In this document: in pieces, positions 57,248-64,000 of the stretch | Position numbering within the stretch: the stretch's first letter is position 1 | Layout of the letters: each line of letters begins with the position of its first letter | Assembly: GCA_964016885.1 (NCBI GenBank) | Contig: OZ024750.1 | Span: forward strand, 22,568,001 to 22,632,000 | Direction: 5' to 3' | Length of the DNA stretch: 64,000 nt | Source of the DNA: Eledone cirrhosa | Lineage: Eukaryota | Position numbers and translations under genes: made by a program | Notes under the pieces: generated by a model | Told to the model about the DNA's origin: nothing | What the model saw: only the letters and a program-made list of their open reading frames with translations | The model's database searches: none

Positions 57248-58129
57248 TATATATATATATATATATATGCATAAAGTTACACTCGCACACAATTATTTAT
57301 TTTCTTATGGTATAACGAACATTTCAGCAATGTTGTAAGAAACTGAAAAAATTTATTTATATATTTACTCTATTATAAAATATTGAGTTCTTCCTCCTTT
57401 ATGAATACCATTTTTTTTTCTTTAATCGCGAGGCGCTAATATAATTATAGTATAATAAACATATAGTGTATGCTTTCAATATTGGTTGGTAGAGCGTAAA
57501 TAGAAAAGCATCTGTGACTTCGAAGTTTCAACTCAGTCACTTCGTTGGTGATTGGGTGACAAGACGTGTGGCCTAGTGGTTAAGGTGTATGATTCATGAT
57601 CGTGGGGTCTTGAGTTCCTACGACAACTGTTCCATGTGATTTGATCAACGTATTAGTATGCTCGTGAAATTAACGTGCAAGTGACTGAGAATTCCACAAA
57701 AACATGCTATTAACGTAGTTCTCGGGAATAAAGTGTCTTGATCAAGGACACATCATGGCGTCGAGAATCAAACTTTATGATTTTGTAAGTTCTCAGGAAA
57801 ATTCAGCGTGACACATTGTGTGACAAACCTGAACCTTTCATCTACAAATACAACTTATTGTTGCCTGCTGAGTTCTCAGGAGCAATTAGAAATAAAGTGT
57901 CTTGACCAAGGACACATCACGCCGTCGAGAATGAAACTTTATTACCTTATAAGTTCTTAGGGAGATTCAGCTGGAGACAGTGTCTGACAAGGCAGGCCAT
58001 TCGAATTAGAGGTACAACTTATTTTTCTCCAGCTTAATGAGTAACGTGAAATATGTCTTGCTCAAGGACACACCGCGCCGCTGGGAATCAAACTAACGAC
58101 CTTTCGATCGTAAGCAGAACATCCTAACT

Positions 58130-58859
58130 CAGGGGGTAGACAAACGTTTCTCCAAGAGGTCCACATGAAACATTTATACCGCCCCAAGGGAATCGCATTT
58201 GACGAAACCCTGAATTTACTAAATAATTTTTTGTCACAAAAGAATAAAATTACAGTATTACCCACACAACTGTATTATTTGGGACACATAGAAAGTAACT
58301 AATTAAACTAAATTTAATAGGTTTCATAAATGTTATTGGAAAGTTACTCAAACTCTAGATCAGGGGTATGCAACATATTCCATTGGCGGGCCACTTTTGA
58401 ACATTGGAACAACTATTAGGGCCATTAATATTTATTAAGCACTATTCCAAAGATTCACCACAACTTTCCATAATATGGAACTGGTAAATTATAACATATA
58501 ACCCTATCAGTGAAGCCCTTTAGTATATAGGTCAACTAACAGAAAATTGTATTACGGTTACGAAAACAATTCTAAATAAGCCTACAAGGTAAACATTAAA
58601 AACGGTCATCGCGGGCCTCTCTGACTGGTCTGGCGATCCGGATTGTGGCCCGCGGGCCGCCTGTTTCACGCCCCTGGTCTAGATGAAATCCATGCAATTG
58701 CCCACAATCGTGTACAAGTATGTTGTAGGGCACATTGGAGCCAGTTAGTCATGTTATTCTACGCTAGAATATCTGAAACTTCACAAATTGACATCACTGT
58801 GTAAGAACCTTTGCGGGCCGCATACACAAACTACGCAGACCGTAGTTTATCCACCCCTA
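58130..58859. mobile_element. Nested hAT (Charlie-like) MITEs inside a SINE
   Basis: Outer CAGGGGGTAGACAAAC / GTTTATCCACCCCTA; inner 58361-58676 CAGGGGT.. / ..GCCCCTG with TSD CTCTAGAT / GTCTAGAT. Confidence 0.75.
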
Positions 58860-59216
58860 ATCTCATGACTAAGCCACGTGCCCTTGATACAACAGACGGT
58901 ATGTAGATAGAAATAGCAGTGCAGTGGATTAGAAAACAGATCTGTATTTAGTTTCCTCTCTTTACACTATGACTTCTAGTCAGTCCCGTTACAGACAGCT
59001 TTGCTCATCACATCACTTACTAATCATTCTATATATATACGTTTTCTACATATATATATATGTGTGTGTGTGTGTGTGTATATATTTGTATATGTATATA
59101 TATATGTATATATATGAGCATATATATATATATCGTTCTCGTCTCTTGTCTGTCTTTATCTCTCTCCTCTCTCTCTCTCTCTCGTCATAACATTATATTT
59201 GACAGTCATATAATCA

Positions 59217-59339
<123 letters not shown>

Positions 59340-59822
59340 AACCATCACCACCACCAACACACTTGGTTTCTTGCTGGGGTGGAGGTATAGTTTTGTACAG
59401 ATCGCCCTTCAATATTCACTACCTGAATCTATATATTAATGAATAGATAGATAGAGAGTGATGTTTGTCAAAAGCCGTAAAAGTCAGAATGTCTCCCTAA
59501 ATGGGAGAATATTTGTTTGCTACTATATGTAACCTAAATAGACGGACTCATCTTCTGTCGCTATGCCAGCAGTTTGAGCAGCATTTTATTCAGGATTTCA
59601 TAGCACAGAAAGCAAATCAAATGAGGAAGCTGGCACCAATGCTTTGCATGATATACAGCAAGCCTTCATTATTCACAGTCTATGCTTCCACGACATGCGA
59701 TTACCTGAATGGATGCCAATCTTTAATGATGCCATCAATGCTGTCAGCAATGCTGTCGATGCTAACGTTAAAATACATGAGTGTTAACGTCGTGCATTTC
59801 ACTGCTTCATAGAAATTTTAGA

Positions 59823-59860
<38 letters not shown>

Positions 59861-59866
<6 letters not shown>

Positions 59867-60409
59867 TAATAAAATAATGAATAAACAAAGAAACAGTTCC
59901 TTATATTAAAAAAAATTCATCATTTTATGATCGTTTCTAGGATATATATGTGTTAGAGTTGGTATGCATATTCTATAGATCTATGTACAATATTTATACA
60001 AACTATCAGAGGGAATATACATACCTACACATATATATGCTGTCTTCAGAAATAATTATTTCTGAAGACAGCATATATATGTGTACGTTTTTGAAGACAG
60101 CATATATATGTGTAGGTATGTATATTCCCTCTGATAGTTTGTATAAATATTGTACATAGATCTATAGAATATGCATACCAACTCTAACACATATATATCC
60201 TAGAAACGATCATAAAATGATGAATTTTTTTTAATATAAGGAACTGTTTCTTTGTTTATTCATTATTTTATTAATTTATCTTGACTCTTTTTCCGTTTAT
60301 TTTTCACCGAAAGTAGTTTTTGAATGCATCTTCTCTTTTCATGATATCCGGATTACATTGAGTTCTTCATACGGATTGGACACTACCGTAAACTTTTGGT
60401 AGATTTATC

Positions 60410-60412
<3 letters not shown>
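59861..60412. mobile_element. Fold-back hammerhead-bearing element in (TA)n
   Basis: Arms 59861-60055 and 60056-60279 (about 29-bp duplication in the right arm), tail 60280-60412. Confidence 0.7.
59919..60056 (-). ncRNA. Hammerhead motif with a roughly 110-nt extended stem II (mirror copy on + at 60055-60221 carries a local duplication)
   Basis: ATTATTT CTGAAGA cAGCATATATATGTGT..GGTATGTATATTC...GAATATGCATACC..ACACATATATATCCTa GAA ACGATCAT A AAATGAT. The first pair of stem II and one stem III pair are mismatched. Confidence 0.55.
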
Positions 60413-60454
<42 letters not shown>

Positions 60455-60705
60455 GAAAAGTATAGAAATGATTGTGAGCGTGAAGCCAACAGTATAATAT
60501 ATATATAACGACTATAACGTCAAAATGGAAAAATAGTTAACGTAAGATGTGGGAAAATAATTCAAACTCAATTCAAAAAGAATCAAGACATAGATTTATC
60601 CACAGAATTTTGTGAAATCCAGGGAAAAATCAATAGAGCCTTAATTCAGAATAAAACAAAGATGTCACTGATATATATATATATATATATATATAAATAT
60701 ATATA

Positions 60706-60773
<68 letters not shown>

Positions 60774-60786
60774 TATATATATATAC

Positions 60787-60848
<62 letters not shown>

Positions 60849-61469
60849 AGGCGTGTGGCTGAGTGGTTAGAGAATTGGATTCGCAATCGTAAGGTTGTGA
60901 GTTCGATTCCTGGACCAGGCGATGCGTTATGTCCTTGAGCAAGACACTTTATTTCACGTTGCTCCTTCTACCTGGAGTTGCGACCGATAGATAGTATTAG
61001 CAATTGGAAAGACCAACGGAAACATTGTTCCCTCGGTCCGATTTGACGAAAGTCGATCGTTCCTAAAATAAAAAAAAATAAAAAATAAAAATATATATAT
61101 ATATATATATCAGTGACATCTTAGTGGTTAGGGTGTTCAGCTTACGATTGCAAGGTCGTAAGTTCCAATCCTAGCAGCGCGTTTGGTCTTTGTAAGTGTA
61201 AAGAGACGAAACTAAACACCAAACTGTTTTCTAATCTACTGCATTGCTATTTCTACCCACATACCGTCTGTTGTGAGACGGCGCGTAACTTAGTGGTTAG
61301 GGTGTTCGATTCACGAGCATATAAAGTCGTAACTTCCATTCCCGGCTGGCATATATGCTGATACTCATCTTTAGGTAGAGCGTCGGACGCCATGCTTTGC
61401 AACATAGAGTTACGGCCCTTTATGATCTGAGTTCAAATCCCGCCGAGGTTAACTTTGCCTTTCATCCTT

Positions 61470-61700
61470 CACTCAGACTCAGAAGCTCCCGCGTCTTGCG
61501 ACGCATGAGGCAATCATAGTGCTCCACCGCGTTCGGTCAGCAGCCAGTTGCACAGCGTCCCGCCATTGTCTGTTTGTCGCTCCTCGCAGGTCCCTCTCAA
61601 CTGTCTGGCGCCAGCTGACCTGCAAATCATTATGAACAATATCAATGTCGAAGCAGGAAGCTTAGGTCTCAATATCAGTGCTAAGAAGACCAAAAGCATG
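61470..61700 (-). mobile_element. 5'-inverted, internally deleted LINE (RTE-like) insertion inside a SINE
   Basis: TSD TTTCATCCTT at 61460-61469 and 61701-61710. Minus part encodes RDLRGATNRQWRDAVQLAADRTRWSTMIASCVARRGSF* with a (CTGAGT)2 tail; plus part encodes LQIIMNNINVEAGSLGLNISAKKTKSM (RT region). Confidence 0.8.
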
Positions 61701-62269
61701 TTTCATCCTTACGGGGTCGATAAAATAAAGCACCAGTAATGAACTGGGGTTCGATTTAATCGACTTTCCCCTCCCCCAAAATTGCTGGCCTTGTGCCTAT
61801 ATAAGAACCCATTATTAGACTATGTTATGTAGTCAACATATAACGGCCATGCTTCTGTTTCTGTTTCAATTCCAAACTTCGCTCCCCGCGTTCTAAACAT
61901 ACTTCCGTTAATATATTTCACGTTTGCTTCAGTCCACTCGGCTGACAAAAAGGAGTTATACCTGAGATTCAAGGAACCAGACATCTCACAGAATGTGTCA
62001 CGTTGAATTTCTTTGAGATGTGTTCACATGTCTGTGTTGAGTGTGTTCACATGTCTGTGTTGAGATGTGTTCACATGTCTGTGTTGAGATGTGTTCACAT
62101 GTCTGTGTGGAGTGTGTTCACATGTCTGTGTTGAGTGTGTTCACATGTCTGTGTTGAGTGTGTTCACATGTCTGTGGAATTCTCAGCCACTTGTGAGTTA
62201 ATTTAACGGGCAAGCTGTCCTGTTGTTGGAACCACTGGAGCACACGTCATTGGAACCGACGGAAGTCCA

Positions 62270-62364
<95 letters not shown>

Positions 62365-63098
62365 CATATATATAAAACTGAGTTGAAAAATTGATTATCT
62401 GACATCCGAGGGTGGATGTTTAAAATCAACAAAGTCTGACTTAATTCCAATAAGTCAGCTGATTGATATTTTCACAATATACAATCAATGTAGATGAGAG
62501 CAGATTTTGTTTTTAAAGCCAGCAGGCGAAAGCAATGAGCATGTTTCGATCTTATTAGATCTCTTCGGCGAAGCATATTCTACTTAGTTAGCATGAGTTA
62601 GAAGTGATATTTATATTTGCAATTAGTAGATAAAACTTTTCTCTAACAGTGATTAAAATCTAACAAGCAAGGAAGCTAACTTCACTACGAACTACTAAAT
62701 GCATCAATAGAAGAAATATTCCTCTAGCTGCTTTTTATATCTAAAAACAAGGAAGTGAACTCCAGTACGACCAGCTAATTCTATTAACAGACAGAAGTCC
62801 CTCTTTCTGTTTATTAAAATCAACAAGCTTGGGAGCTAACTCAATAAGATCAGCTCAGCTCATTTAAATTTTCCAAAAATACAGGTAGTGTAGTTGGAAG
62901 TGTATCTAAGTCTTTAAAGCTGATTGGTGAAAGCAACGAAAATGTTTACATATGATGTCAGTAACTTCGTTACGTTTCCTCCCATGTACCAGTCAATGAC
63001 TTTTACAGGTACAGCTTTTACCTACATATATCATGTATACGGAGTTTGTTGAACACCAATATGTGATGGCAGTTTTGCGTGTTTGTGTGTGTTGGTGT

Positions 63099-63175
<77 letters not shown>

Positions 63176-63206
63176 CGTGTGTGTGTGTGCGTGTGTGTGT
63201 GTGTGT

Positions 63207-63518
63207 GTGTGGTTAGGGTATTCCGCTCACAATCGAAAGGTCGTGAGTTCGATTCCCAGTGGTGCGTTGTGTCCTTGAGCAAGACACTTTATTTCGCGTT
63301 GCTTCAGTCCACTCAGCTGGCAAAAATGAGATGTACCTGTAGTTCGATGGGGCCAGCCTTGTCGCACACTGTGTCACATTGAATCTCCTTGAGAACTACG
63401 TAAAGGGTACACGTGTCTGTGGAATGCTCAGCCAACTGCACGTTAATTTCACGAGCAGGCCGTTCCGTTGATCGTATCAACTGGAACACTCGTCGTCGTA
63501 ACCGACGGAGCGCCTCCA
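63207..63518 (+). mobile_element. tRNA-derived SINE family B (CORE-like domain)
   Basis: GTGGTTAGGG..GAGTTCGATTCC..TGTGTCCTTGAGCAAGACACTT plus tail. Other copies or fragments at 6525-6720, 12905-13020, 21410-21955, 23100-23355, 41665-42185 (-), 53815-54180, 57560-58130, 60848-61060, 61910-62270, 63685-63925. Confidence 0.85.
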
Positions 63519-63759
63519 ATACATGTATGTGGATGCAGGCTAGCCGAATAGTTAATAGTTAGGTCCCGGGTTCGATCTCACGATATGGTATCTTGGGCAA
63601 GTATCATTTATCATAACCCTGAACTGACTTATCCATTATGAGTGAAATTGGGTTGAAGAAAACTGTTTGAAAGTCCGCAGAATGGACTGTACCTGTAATT
63701 CAAGCGGCCAGCCTTGTCATACACACTGTGTCACACTGAATCTCTTTGAGCATTATGTT

Positions 63760-63833
<74 letters not shown>

Positions 63834-64000
63834 TGCTCAACCATTTACACGTTAATTTCATGAGCTGGCTATTCCGTTGATCGAACAACTAAAACATTCA
63901 TCGTTGAAAACGACGGAGATCCATTCCAGGCGCACACGCACATACTTACACACGCACATGCACTCACACACATGCACTCACCCATACACTCACACACATA

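Noticed and set aside
59501-59812. 103-aa ORF or possible decayed LINE fragment
   Set aside because: No recognisable motif on either strand; cannot be supported by eye.

Overview
AT-rich eukaryotic genomic DNA, extremely rich in microsatellites. The two dominant tRNA-derived SINE families and the repeat landscape look like an octopod (Octopus-like) cephalopod; this is inference and was not verified. Almost all supplied ORFs are microsatellite artefacts. The only convincing host coding sequence is one ankyrin-repeat exon on + (49100-49250, possibly extended to an ATG at 49006) resembling PPP1R27/MYPT-family PP1 regulators. There is also a possible decayed ankyrin relic (about 2971-3300, -) and a tRNA-Thr-derived pseudogene (29368-29440, -). 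The rest is SINEs, LINE fragments (RTE-like, Ingi/Vingi-like), hAT and Tc1/pogo MITEs, and minisatellites, several of which arose inside SINEs or LINEs. The most striking signal is a dense set of short non-coding fold-back elements of several sequence families. They sit almost always in (TA)n, have one extended tail, and at least six carry readable type I hammerhead ribozyme folds. These show compensatory stem changes, palindromic stem III, a recurring C.C mismatch in stem II and one U3-A8 core variant, consistent with Penelope-like (PLE) or retrozyme-type retroelements. All folds were derived by eye and need computational and biochemical confirmation.
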